NCBI GenBank assembly: GCA_903813345.2
Contig: CAIIXF020000001.1
Span: 11,842,001-11,906,000 of the forward strand
Source of the DNA: Owenia fusiformis
Taxonomy: Eukaryota
DNA: 64,000 nt
Direction of reading: 5' to 3'
Within the stretch, counting starts at the first letter, position 1, and every line of letters starts with the position of its first letter. The position numbers and the translations under genes are program-made. Under the pieces are notes generated by a model, which saw only the letters and a program-made list of their open reading frames with translations, was not told where the DNA came from and ran no database searches. Below are positions 14,011 to 26,742 of this stretch, piece after piece.

Positions 14011-17000
14011 ATGGCGAAAGCAATGATAACATTTGTGATATGCATATTGATGATATTTCAAGATATCATGGCTAAACCAATGGAGGTATGTGGATATTTA
14101 GAATTTTATTTTGATTATTAATATTTGGTGGTTGAAAGCCAAGGCCAATGTTATCATACATGAAAAATAGTCTCGTATTGGTCTAAAATTCTCTTTTCTA
14201 ACATTAGGTCTTCCAGGATATTTCAGTTCCTTTGCATTTGCAGTAAAGAACACGAGTAGATGAAATATGGTTTAGCCCATTTTAGATCCTGCAATGCAAT
14301 AGCACTTTTTCCAAGGGTTTTGACATTTTGACCTTGACATTTTGACCTGCACAAGTACCCACCTTGCTATTCATTATTTATAGTTTTTCACTCAACTGTA
14401 TCATCAATTTCACTGTTTCTATAAATAGTCAGTTATCTGTTGTAATTTTAAAATTATGAATGCATATCATACTAAATTAAATTGTTCTAATTGAGTGGAC
14501 TTTATAGGAAGATGATGCTCCGGTCAGGCAAGAATCTATATGGCCAAATGGTGTGGTACCTTACACTATAGTTTCAAAGTATGGTCAGTTCCCCTTTTTG
14601 ACATCTTATCTTGCTATTCCTGTTTGTTAAAACAAATAATCGTCATGGTCTTTCGATATTATTTGATCGAAGGACCAGTTTCAATTTTACCGTTTCAGAT
14701 GATACATAAATTATTTAATCATTAAGCTGCACAGTCTTCTTGTACAAATGAACTCTTCAAAAATAAAAAGAAACGAAATTTTGTAATTTGAAATCTCTAA
14801 TTCAGAACAAAGTGAGGTGGATATTATAAAAGACGCAATGGATAAGATTACAAAACGTACTTCATTAAATGGTGAAGAATGTATCGTCTTTAAACAAAGG
14901 GATTCTGAGGAAAACTTTATTCAAATCTACCACACTGAAGGGTGAGTGGTTACTTATATTATTCCAAAGCATGTTGTTGCTGTAGAAATCGGACTCTACA
15001 ACATTTTTGTTAAGGGTACAGGTATTATTTTGAGCGAAAATGAACCAACGGTACCAAATTCAATAATAGTCACACTTAGTAATGAGGAACCAAGTGAATC
15101 CCCGTATTCTCAGCTTTCCAATGGTACCAATTTATCCTATAGATACGACGTCAGATACTGTACATCGCGGCATTTTACCGCATTTTTACATGCGTACTTA
15201 CTTTTAAAACCGCAATATCTCGACAGCAAAATCATATTTTTCTACAATTTTTCGTCATCAGTTGAACACGTATGTCCATGAAATATTTTGCCTATCAGAA
15301 TTCCAAATAACTGATTTGGGACTTTTCAAATGAGAATCACGCAAGCCGTATTATGCGACTTTCTATGCTAAAACCGGGTGTGTAACATTTTGAAGAAAAA
15401 TGATTTTAATTTTAAACGAAAAATGAAGATAACTTTTTCATTTCTTAACGAATCTTTCTCAAATTTTCACAATATTTATATTCACCATTTTGGAAAAGAC
15501 AAACAGATTCTGTGTGATGACGTCATAATATAACAATGCCAACTTAACGCTTATATTTATGCAAAAAAAGTGTGGACAGGCAGAATTTCGTACCAACAAG
15601 ATATATATTTTGATCAATTAAACATTAAATCGTTTGAAAGGTGAATTATTCTTTTTTGATTCCTGAAAGGCATATCATATTCTATATTTTTATCAAAAAA
15701 CTATATCATTTCGATTAAAATTCAGTCTGTAAGAAGTATAAATTGAAAGAAATATGAAGTGAAGCCATGTGAAAAATTCACAAAATTACGTTTCATTTTT
15801 TGAGTTCAAATATTTCTAATTAAGGGATAAACATTCAAAACTTTCCAATGTTTCAGCATGTTCTTTTAAATATACCCCTCACTACATACAATTAATTTCA
15901 TTTAATTTGAACCAGTATATATTGAGATAGACATCATTTTATCACCGCAACCCCAAGTGAAGCCTTTACAAAATAAGACCGTTATGCCGCTAGCGTATTA
16001 TATGTTCTCCTTTATTATTTATTGTGTTAAATAAAAATTCGAGTTAAAATAAATTACAAATAATAAATTTAACAATCCTTAATATTTTCCCGTATGTGGA
16101 TATCAGTTTAATATGACAAGGGGCACTGTGAGAGTCTAGAAAGACGGTGCGACAACGAGAGCGCAGGGCCGAAAAGCGCGACAAAGAAGAAAACGGGTAG
16201 GGTTTGAAATGTCTACTTTCTGGTGATTCTAATCCTGTATATCGTGACACAACCTTTTTGAATATAGAATTGTATTGAAGCGCACATTAATCTGAACAAA
16301 ACTTGAAGTTTAACGAATATTAAAACTTTTGCAATTACTTGGAGGAGCATTGCGCATATTCATCGCGTAAATCTTTGCATTTTGTCGGTAAAATGAACAA
16401 TTACAATGTTACGCCGTGATGTACAGTATCTGACGTCGTATCATAGTGTTCTTACCTCAAAATGATTCGTTATATGATGTAGGTTAATAGTCACACTTAG
16501 TAATGAGGAACTAAGTGAATTCCCATATTCACAGCTTTCCAATGGTACCAAATTATCCCGTGTGCCCTTACCTCAATACGATTTGTTATCTTTTGTAGGT
16601 CTTTTGTCGTCCTTGGTAACGAGGAACCAAATGCTGAACCAAATAACAAGTAATCATATTTTTGTAATTTTTTTCTTATCGTATTTTCAAATGATGGTCA
16701 AGCCAAGACGAAGTTTATCTTGTTTAAAAGAAGGCTTGTCTGATCCACATGTGGAAAATTTCTGTTTCGTTTTCATGATTATAATTGACAATAATTGATG
16801 AATTTGATAATTTAGCTTTTGTGCTGTAAAAGTATTAACAATATCCTCTACGTATTGAATTCTTTTGACACATTCAGTTGTAGATTTGATTATAATATCG
16901 TTATTCAGAGACTAAATGGAAAAGCAAATTTTTGCATTATCATTGGACCATGGATTTCGTTTTTGGAAGGATGAAACTCAAGATTCGGCCGAAAGTGTTG

Positions 17001-20000
17001 TTTATCTAAAAGCATATGTAAATAGAATCGTATCAAAAGCGTTCTCTGTTTCTTTATACATTAGACCAAATGAAACTTTCAAAGAAGCAAACTTTTTTAA
17101 AGGCTAAACTACGATGATACATGGAGTCTAAATCAAATCTTATTTCAGGTGTTATTCGCGGGTAGGTATGACAGGGAAAGGGCAACCAGTTGCCCTGGGT
17201 AAGAAGTGCATCACCCAGGGAACAGTAATGCATATACTCTTGCATACATTGGGGCTCTGGCACGAGGAGAGCAGGGCAGACAGGGACAAATACATCGACA
17301 TTGACTGGAGTAACATCCAAGACAGTTAGACATTTAGCACATATAGAGAACACGGTACCCATGTCAAGCTGCGCGCCTACTTAGGCGCGCAGTTTGTTTC
17401 GATCACAAACTGCGTGCCTAAGAACATTGCATCATTTAAGTTGGAGTCTGTATTTTGAAACGTAATTTAAAGACATTTATCCTGCATTGTTTTCTTGTTC
17501 AATGCGCTCATTCTGTGGCGAATATACGAATCTTGCAAATACTAGCAAAAACTATGTGCAAATGAATCTAAGTTTTAAAACATATATATTAATGGCATTT
17601 TCGTCACTGATTTAACGGGAATTTATACGTAAATCGATCTAGCACTTTAAACATAAATGACAAATACTTTAGACTCGTTTTATATTTAATTCCTTACACA
17701 TTTATCATGTATAATTCAAAATATTTCGAGATAAAACAGATAATCAGGAGATTAAAAAGAAATAAATCACAAACTGCGCGCCTATTTTAGCCAGAAATTA
17801 CAAACTGTGCGCATACACTATTAAAACTACATATATATTATCATTGGAATTTCTACAGAGGCACGTGTAGGTGTTTTTCATGTAGCTTTGGAAATTTTGC
17901 TTTATCGTCAGATTTTATGAGATTTTCATATTGAAAGTCAAAATGTATAATAGAAGTGACAAGTTGGGAACGAAAAAAACTTTTATTTTCAGATCACCAT
18001 CTTGGTGGATGGACTCCCATAGTGTTTCAATTATGGGGTTCTACTATTAGACACATATGTGCCTTGTATGGCGCTTATGTTTTCTAATAATACAAAACAA
18101 GCTTGGATAGGCAAGCAGTTTGGAAATATTAGGCACGCAGTTTGGGAAATACAAGTGAATATAGGCGCGCAGTTTGACAAGAAAAATGTTTAAATCACGT
18201 TTATGGCGTATTATCGTTTTGAATACAAACTTTGCTGATTTAATCAGATGGAGTGATCCTATATATTCTAGCATACACAGACACAATGGCTGAATAAACG
18301 GCAAATGACAATAAAAAGACATAGATATAACTTTACACTGTAAATTTTGAACACAGAAGTTACTTAAGACCCTTATATTGAGATAACTAGGTTTACATCG
18401 GGAAAAACATTGAGTACTATGAGTAAATTAAGTTCATCTTCACAGAATGGTACTATCTTTAGAACGAGACTAACCTTGTATTTTTCGTATTTTGGCTCTT
18501 TTTGGGAGTCGTGTCCTCCCCGTCTCACATTTTGAAATATGCGCGCAGTTTGTCAGAGTTTCAAACTAGTAGGCACGCTGCTTGACATGGGCATCGTGGA
18601 GAAAACGATACTAGATATAGTGGTTAAAACAGTATTCACACACATCACCCCATGCAGACAGATCGCCTAAAATTACATTCGCATGATGCGAGACTCGAAA
18701 TTCACCAGGAAAGTAGAAAAAATTTGTCACCCATGAAGCAAATTAATTTTTACTGCTTAATAAATGGTCAAGGTTAGAAACATTGAGTTCTATTCGTATG
18801 AGAATAGCTTGACGTCTTGATATTTCAAGGTAACACGTTCGAAAAGTGATTAGATAGCGGTGATCGAAATTACGATGTAAAGATAAAACCGTAATGAAAT
18901 ATTTGTAGATTTCTTTGAAAAACTTAGAAATATAATCACATATAGAATTTTTCAAAACAGAAAAACATGTATAAAATATAAATAGTAAGGCCTGCAGGTC
19001 AGATTCCCCCTGGTAGCATTAGCATTGGTCTCATACATGTCATACAATTAATATTTGAAACACAACTATTATTCGATGATCGGACAAGTATGATGCTACT
19101 TTATTAATATCACATTGAAGTGCATAGTGATTTTGTATCTTTTAGGTGACTTAATAGAAAATATTTTGCAATGTGTGAAAAAAATTAAGCCCAACACTCA
19201 AAACATTGTGACTGCTTCATTCCACTCAGATGTTATTTCTTAAACTTTGCGTCCCCCTGCGTTATTAAACCCAATACAAGATCATTTCTCGTGATATCAT
19301 TTTATGGCCTCGTAGCAAATATCTGATATATTGCTCTTTTAACCACTATATCTAGTATAGTTTTTTAAAACAGCTGTTCTACATAAGCTAGGCAAGTGTC
19401 AATGGAAACGATAACTTACAAAATTAATTGACTTTAACATAAACTTTATTTTTTGACATAAACTTTATTTTTTGACATAAACATTATCTAATCATTCAGG
19501 CTTGAAAGTAAACAGTGAGAATTAGCCTAATCAATCAATTAATGACAATAATTATAGTATAATCATTTTCAATTTTTATCATGTTTTTCTTCAAATGATA
19601 TTTGATCAACAATTCATGTTAAACATTATAGGCCATGCCGGGAATTTTGAAGCTTTGAACATTGAGCAGTTTGACATGCCCTATGACTATGATAGCATCA
19701 TGCATTCCACCTCGACATCATTCGCCAAGGTATATTACTCTAATTGAATGTTACAGTGCTACGAATCTTCAATCAAGATTGACATCTGACTTCTGGTTGA
19801 TCTCTCATGATATTTCTAAAATTCAACATAATATGAAATCCAGCTTACAATCCAAAAGTAGAAAAGAGAATGGAAGGTTGTAAAAGATTCTGGAGTCTTG
19901 AATTGAACCTTGTTCGATTTCACCTATCTAGTTATTTTACCTTTGTAGGATAAAAAGAATCCCACTTTAATACCAAGAGGAGATGCTACAATAGGCCAAA

Positions 20001-20098
20001 GAATCTACTTGAGTGCAAACGATATCAACAAGATCAGAAAATTGTATGGTTGTAAAGGAGAAAAGAAAGTTGTTATTGCGCGCCCATTTTCTGTCTGA
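14011..20098 (+). CDS. Secreted astacin (M12A)-like protein, 236 aa, 6 exons, predicted catalytically impaired
   Basis: Exons 14011-14085 (signal-like MAKAMITFVICILMIFQDIMAKPME), 14508-14583 (WPNGVVPY), 14806-14941, 17149-17324 (GCYSRVG...HILLHTLGLWHEESRADRD), 19632-19729 (PYDYDSIMHS), 19949-20098 (IGQRIYLSANDINKIRKLYGC). All introns GT-AG with compatible phases; total 711 nt; AATAAA at 20110. Confidence 0.9.
15136..16448. mobile_element. Non-autonomous TIR element with CACTATG right terminus (Transib/ProtoRAG-like), in astacin intron 3
   Basis: Right end read inward is CACTATGATACGACGTCAGATACTGTACATCACGGC; left end is CCTATAGATACGACGTCAGATACTGTACATCGCGGC (degenerate terminus, no clean TSD). 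It interrupts one copy of a local repeat (15066-15135 vs 16487-16560). Confidence 0.7.
17351..18598. mobile_element. Non-autonomous CAC...GTG element with 5-bp TSD, in astacin intron 4
   Basis: TIRs CACGGTACCCATGTCAAGCTGCGCGCCTACT and CACGATGCCCATGTCAAGCAGCGTGCCTACT; TSD GAGAA (17346-50, 18599-603); repeated internal AAACTGCGCGCCT motifs in both orientations. Confidence 0.82.
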
Positions 20099-20767
20099 TG
20101 GGTCAATGGAATAAAACTAAAATAGACATATGTCTTTCTTTTAAAAGAATTGCCACCAAAAATAAAAGTTCATGTATTCAAAAACTTAACATTATTTTAT
20201 TCACATTTTCAGCAACTTGAACGGTACTGATGATCTTAGGCATTTAGATTTGGCTTTAGATACAAACAACCTGTTTACACTGCCCTCTTCATTCGACATT
20301 CGACAACGTAGCTTTTTTGAAGAACTGCCATTCTTTGGTACAATTTCATTTTAAAATAAATGAATAAAAATAAAAATACGTAATTGTATTGATTGTCTTG
20401 TGTTATGTGGCCAGGTAACATTAAAGTCACTGGCTAATTAAATATGAAAAATTGGTGTTGAAAATCATAAATCATGTAGTCGTATATACTATTAACTAGG
20501 TCACAGGGAGTGAAGGTCATGTTCAAAATATGTGTATTTCACTTTCTGGCATTTTATTGACGGATTTGATGACGATATGGAGTCTGTTTAATGTTCAGTT
20601 CATAACTATTTCGTCATGTGATTTCAATGTCAGCCAGTGCTGAATGTCAGCCAAATTTCAATAGGTGAATAGAATCAACGGCTCTAATCATAATTAAATT
20701 AAAGCGATATCAAATTAAAGAAATCATGAATAATACCATGGGTTCCTCTTGAAAGCTCATTATTAAA

Positions 20768-22000
20768 CTAATCGATGCGCTCAAAAATAACATCATGCCC
20801 AAGCTGCCCTTTTAGATTTTCTGGTATGATGCCTACTTCCTTATACAGTCCGGTTTGTTTGAAGAATTGGCGGAATTCTGTCAGCCTTTCTAAACTTTTT
20901 CTCGTGTCTTTCACATGACCATCGTTGAACTTGAATTCTATTGTGAAAACCTTTATATAAACTTTGTCAAATGGGATTGTTTTTAACACAGCCATTTCTG
21001 CCCCTTCCACATCCAAACTAAAATAATCAACGTACTTGGTGCCAACTGCTCGTAAGAGAGTATAAACAGTGAAACATTGTATTTGAAGTTTATAGGCATT
21101 CACAATATCGTCATCTCTCATCATGTTGATGTCTTTCAATGCCGAATATCCTGGTCGCATCGACTGATAAATAAATGGTAGTTTTCGCTGTTCGTTTGAA
21201 GGACACAAGAGAATGTTGGCTGCATACGCGTTCCTCTTCAGCTTTATAAGGTCTGAGAATGATTCCGGATGAGGTTCGACAAGTATCCCAGTCCATTTCC
21301 GAAATCGTTCAAAGTATAAAGTGTTTGATAGATCCTTTCCGTTCATCGCTCCACATTCGATGAAAAAACCACGAGTTTTCGCATTTAAAAGCTTGTCAAT
21401 AACTTTGCTTTGGCCGAACTGTGAGAAGTCATGATCAAGAGGCTCAGAAATATCGAGAACGTCAACACTTGGGGAGTGTATCCAATTCTCTCGAATGTAC
21501 TCCACCTGTAAATTCATAACTAATATTTTACGTATCCACACGTGAAAGGATGTGATATTTTCAATAACCATACCACTATACCAGTAAGTTATAAAATTAA
21601 TTTCCCACTTACCTGGGCAAGGTGTGTGGATTTATATCTTTTAAGTGATATAGTATAAAATATTTTGCAATGTGTGAAAAGAATCGAAGTCAAAGACTCA
21701 GTGGATTGTGGCTGATTCGTTCCGCTCAGGCGTTGTTTCGGAAGCTTAGCACTCGATGCTACGAATCTCGTGTAAAGTTTGAAATAACACATTTGAGGAA
21801 TGATGATCTGTCAACAATGTACCGAGTCCAGGGCTTAAATCCTTAAATGAAGATGGTTCACGTTATTCTATGGAACTTACCAATTGTCCATCACTAGGGT
21901 CGAAAAGGTTGGTCTCGGACACTTGATGTTCGCCTTCTACTATACCATTGTTCTTGAGGTGTTCTTTGTAGTTGAATAGCCGTATCAGCAAAAGGACCAT
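20768..22000 (-). CDS. Star-like FkbM-family (Methyltransf_21) methyltransferase-domain protein, probable type II membrane anchor; start uncertain
   Basis: Exon 21505-20768 has SQFGQ, FFIECGA, SNTLYFE, WTGILVEP and VDYFSLDVEGAE motifs. An upstream exon ending at 21881 (GTAAG donor) reads ...FYVYILTLTMVLLLIRLF...FDPSDGQL and joins in phase 0 to VEYIRENW. First in-frame ATG is at 22000. Confidence 0.8.
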
Positions 22001-22697
22001 TGTTAGGGTCAAGATATACACATAGAACTTCTTAAAATATACATTTAAACAAGATAAGTTCGATTGTTTTATTTGATGTTATTAAGACCTATGAAAGAAC
22101 GTGATCATGAAAGTGCTGATATTATTTTGTTGCCTCACTCGCCATTCTTCAACACAGAAACCTAAGTCATGTTTAGTCGCTTTTGTCTCTTGAGGTATCA
22201 TATAGATGGTAATCAAATGATTAAGAGACTTAACCTCTTTCAAAAGTTAATCAGATCAGTCAACCTTTGAAACTAAAGACACGTGACGAAATATTTCCCA
22301 CAAATGGCAATAAATATACACTAAAATATATTGTGTTTAAATGTTGTATCAAAGAAAACTACCTACTGGCATCTGGGTAATTACCCACACACCATTCCCC
22401 ATTAGATTTTGTGGCAAACCTGAGAAGTCCAGGAAAAAAATTATATTGTGAACGACATAGAGCATCGAACACATGCTCAAAATATGAATTATGGTATTTA
22501 AAGTAAATGTACATTCACCAATTTCCTCATTATCCCTCTGTATCCGATTACTCAAATTTACGTTATGGTATATGTGATAATACGTGACAGGAGCCGCATT
22601 GAGTGCCTAATTCCGACCAAGAGGTAATATAAGACTGTTGTGTGTTGCCTTCTGTCCTATTCGATCCACATTGTTATAATGTTCAGTCGTATGCAGC

Positions 22698-23312
22698 TTT
22701 TTGTCGTACCTAAAAAAGGTACGATATTGTCTTCAGCTTGGCAGGCGGGTGAGGGGCGGCGGACGGCGTCTCACTTTTCTTGTCATCACGGTTCCAGGAA
22801 CACTATTTCATGGATCTACTACATGTTACATGGTAAGAAGTTCTAGAGCTGATTAACTTTTTGGCGGCCACCTTGTATTCTGGTGGCCATCTTGGAAGTT
22901 TTTAGATAAAAATTGTCATCGCGATTCCAGAAAAACCACTTGGATTTATTTCAAATTTTTACACATGTTACATGGAAAAAAGTTCTGAAAGTGATTATAA
23001 CTTTTCGGCGTCCATCTTTGATTCTGGTGGCCATCTTGGAAGTTTTTAGATACATTTTGTCATCGCGATTCCAGAAAAACACTCAACGGATTTATTTCAA
23101 ATTTTTACACATCTTAAATTACATGGTAAGAAGTACTAAAAGTGATTAACTTTTCGGCGACCATCTTGCATTCTGGCAGCCATTTTGGAAGTTTTGAGAT
23201 AAATCTTGTCATCGCAATTCCATGAAAACCATTTAACGAATTTACTTCAAATTTTTACACATGTTACATGGGAAGAAGTTATACAGCGATATTGTTCACC
23301 ATGTGCCTTGTT
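22698..23312 (+). mobile_element. Helentron-associated (HINE-like) element with internal 135-150-bp tandem repeats
   Basis: 5' hairpin GTCGTACC...GGTACGAT, GGCG-rich microsatellite, about 4 units starting TTGTCATC(G/A)C, T-rich insertion context. Confidence 0.6.
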
Positions 23313-23919
23313 TTTTCTTCCTTTCGATAGATTCTTAATATGCCAAATGGTACAATGCATTCAACCAGTAAACGTGGTGATAAATTTAATAAATGGAGAT
23401 ATGTACTTATATGATATGTAGGCATGAAATTATTTATTATTTATTACTCACTGAAAGTTGTAACAGAAGGCAGCAATGCTCAAACACGGGTTCCCGTGTG
23501 TGGAAGCTCAATACTGTTCTGGGCTACCCAGGTGTTCTGACAGTTTTTTTAAAATTGAGGCCCATTATTTTAAAAAGGACCATTTTTTTCAAAAATGAGT
23601 CATTTTCCTGAAATGGAGACCCAGCTGCCTCAATATATTGATGTATTCAATCGAAATCAAGAGTTTGATTAGCAATGTCCCATAGTACATGAGAAGCACT
23701 CTCGGAGATCTGCCATTCCTCAATGGGTACGATGTTGGTTTATATAAATAACACAGGGGCTGTACCAAATTAAGTGTGGTAGTTGAACGTGCGTGATAAG
23801 GTACAACACGAGGGTGATGAAATTTGAGCAAACGGATGTCTTCATTGTTTCAGAAAGATCTGGTCTAGTTTTCTAGATATTTTACATGTAAATGTCAATA
23901 ACAACATCCTATTCATGAA

Positions 23920-24168
23920 GATCGTCAATGTAACAAAAGCGAGGAACTAAATATGTAAATTGCGTCTTTGTCAATATACCAAACATAGAACCGCCTGCAT
24001 ATTTTCAAACGGGACTATCTTCCTCTTTGAGCCAAATTATTGTCCACAACTTGACTCGTAAGTGGTGTGGAATCGAGAAATAAAAATATTTTACCGAAAA
24101 TGAAGCCCAGAAGTTCTTCCATCTGGTTACGCTGACGTATTGTCAGCGTAACCAGGTGAGTAGCAGTG
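23920..24168. mobile_element. Diverged single arm of the 41616-42155 fold-back family
   Basis: Shares TGTAACAAAAGCGAGG.ACTAAAT, GAGCCAAATTAT, GAGAAATAAAAATAT and terminal GTAGCAGTG with 41910-42155; left end not found. Confidence 0.6.
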
Positions 24169-24498
24169 AGCCAAGCTTGAACTCACAATTTGACAATTTA
24201 CGTGGAGTTTTAATTTACTGTGAAATCAATAAACTTTATTCGGCTGGCTGAACACTCGTCGGAGCTGTTACGCGGAATATACCATACATTTAGTCACGCG
24301 GAGCAACGGACAATGACGGAAGAAGTGCAAAACACGGATTTATTACCCGCGGAAAGTGGGTCACGTGCACACTATATTGCAATTTACCCTAAATGGAGAA
24401 TTTCCCACCATCTGTGGCATTACCTCCGAGTAGGTCGTTATGAAAAATGTAGTTCAAATGAACTTCGGGCCTGAGAAATTTCAAATTCAAAACCATAA

Positions 24499-24638
24499 TG
24501 CCGTGGTCACATTTGCTCCGATTTTCAGTACCGGCTCCCGGCCGATGACTATTTTGTTCAAAATTGTAATCAGATTTGAACAAAATATTCAATCGGCCGG
24601 GCGCCGTCGTGAAAATCGGTGCAAATGTGACCACGGCA
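24499..24638. mobile_element. PIF/Harbinger-like palindromic MITE
   Basis: TAA|TGCCGTGGTCACATTTGC ... GCAAATGTGACCACGGCA|TAA, 3-bp TAA TSD. Confidence 0.8.
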
Positions 24639-25484
24639 TAACCTACAGTGTAAGGTTTTGAGTGACGTTCAAAATGGGTCAAGATGACCTACATGAAGCT
24701 AGTTACAATTGGTACATTTATTGTCCGAATTCAAACCTCCATTTCAATATACTGGAATCCTAGATATAGTATAAAGCCGAAGACATGATGTATAGGTATT
24801 AGACTGAGGTTTCTTTAACATCACTGTTTGAGATCGTCTAACTAATTCAGAAATCTAGAAATCCGGATTCAGAAATTAACAAGGGAGGGGCAAATTTTGA
24901 GTCTGGAAAAAAATGTCCGCCCTTTTTGGGCCCTAAAACCAAAAATTGGACCCAAATTTGACAAATTAATGCCCATTTTAATAAATTGGCCAAAAAGGCC
25001 TAAAAATACCAATTATGGCCAAAAAGGTCCATTTTTGAGGCCCTACAAAAGTTTAGGACCCAAAAACTAAAAAAAATCGGCCTATATCATTCTTCTGCAG
25101 GTCGGAATTTTTATTTTTTAGGTCTGATCCATCTATTGAAAAACCAAAGCAATTCATCTGACCTTGCACCGAACTAGCTCTCTTCCGTTACCAAGAAATA
25201 GGAACATTTCAGGAAGACCGAAAGGGATAACGAGTGTAAATAGGAAGCCATCAAGTTTTTAAAGCATGCCAATGTTGTTATTCATTTCTGAATATAGAAG
25301 TTATTGAATATTTTTAAATAATGCAGAAATAGTTAAATTCTCTCACAAATTTACCCCCAACTCGCTTCTATCATGTCTATCCCTCATTTGGATACTACTA
25401 ATTCGGATGACCAAAATGAGCTGACACCAATGGATCTCACTTAGGCAAATTGAGAAATAACATGGTGAAACTTGAACCTCAATA

Positions 25485-26609
25485 TATAGTAGCCCGGACA
25501 GAATTGTTCAATGGTCACTTTTTCTTTAATAACTTTTTTAATTTTCAGTATTATCATAATCTGATCACATATTTGAAAACTAGAGTAAAATTCTGACATA
25601 CAAAAAAAATATTTAAGGAACATCTCTTAATTTTTTGATATTATAGGTGTTCATAGTATGACTGACGCAAATACAAAATTCATCATTTTGCCTCATATTT
25701 GTTCAAAATGGCGGCATATTTTGTGAATTTGAATGTTCAGTTGAAAGCTAATATTTAAAGATTGTCATAGGACTATAGGGCCATGCTGCCACCGTTGCAA
25801 TCCTGATGTAACGCAGCAACTGACCAGTCATCAAATACAAGAAGTCAAATCCCTCCAAGGGTATATGAAATCAACTCTATTGAAATGTTCGGGGTTGTGT
25901 TCAAGAGGATGGGAAAAGGTGGCGCCCCAATGTACGGGATGTGATGAGAGTAGGTTCTTAATATTTTCAAGAGCTCCAAACAGCCATCTCAGAGGCCATT
26001 GAAAAGCTGAAGAACAATCACATGCATGCCAAGGCCCAAGGATGGGTTGAGAGGCGTGTGACTGGGAAAGATTACAAACTGTGGCAGTATGACTCTATAG
26101 GTGCCCAGGTTCAACGAACTAGGGTTGCTTATCCACTACGAGTAACAATGGAATGACCAAAAAACTTTAAGTGCTGCGACCTTAGCAATATACTGTACAT
26201 ACAATGTACAAACCTTTTTTAGTGCTTGTATACATACAAATCAATTTGAAACAAAAGGTTATAAATGCAGTCCTTACCTCATACCAAGGCAGCAGTCTAC
26301 ATGATTTCGTAGGCCTATGACATTTCTTGAATATTAACTTTAATTTCAACTGAACATTCAAACAACAAAACATGACGCCGTTTTTGAACAAATATGAGAC
26401 AAAATGGTGAATTATGTATTTGCGTCACTCAGTTATGAACACCTATAATACCAATAAATTAAGAGATGTTCCTTAAATATTTTTTTTGTATGTCAGAATT
26501 TTACTCTAGTTTTCAAATAAAAAATGTAATCAGATTTTGATAATACTGAACATTAAAAAAGTTATTAAAGAAAAAGTGACCATTGAACAATTCTGTCCGG
26601 GCTACTATA
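25485..26609. mobile_element. Long-TIR (about 290 bp) element with a GC-richer internal segment
   Basis: 25485-25772 is an imperfect reverse complement of 26313-26609 (TATAGTAGCCCGGACAGAATTGTTCAATGGTCAC...). Confidence 0.8.
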
Positions 26610-26742
26610 TTAAAGGGACAAGGTGCGTAAATGAAGTATCACTTTTGATCTTCATAGTATTTCCAATGGATTAATAAGTACCCGATCTTTCATTTGACAC
26701 CAAAAACAGCTCAAACAGACCACATCAGAGTTGACACTAGAT

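Noticed and set aside
15136-18598. Intact RAG1-like/Transib transposase within the CAC elements of the astacin introns
   Set aside because: The elements are only 1.2-1.3 kb with no long ORF; no autonomous transposase is visible anywhere in this window.
20768-21571. Bacterial contamination or recent horizontal transfer of an FkbM methyltransferase
   Set aside because: The gene has a spliceosomal intron, a TM-anchor exon and host-like base composition; Star-like FkbM proteins are common in invertebrates.
21589-21792. Minus-strand ORF with a GTAAG donor at 21612 as an exon of the Star-like gene
   Set aside because: The 21881 donor gives a better junction (DPSDGQL-VEYIRENW) and a TM anchor, and part of this stretch resembles intronic sequence near 19157. 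It cannot be excluded as a minor cassette exon.
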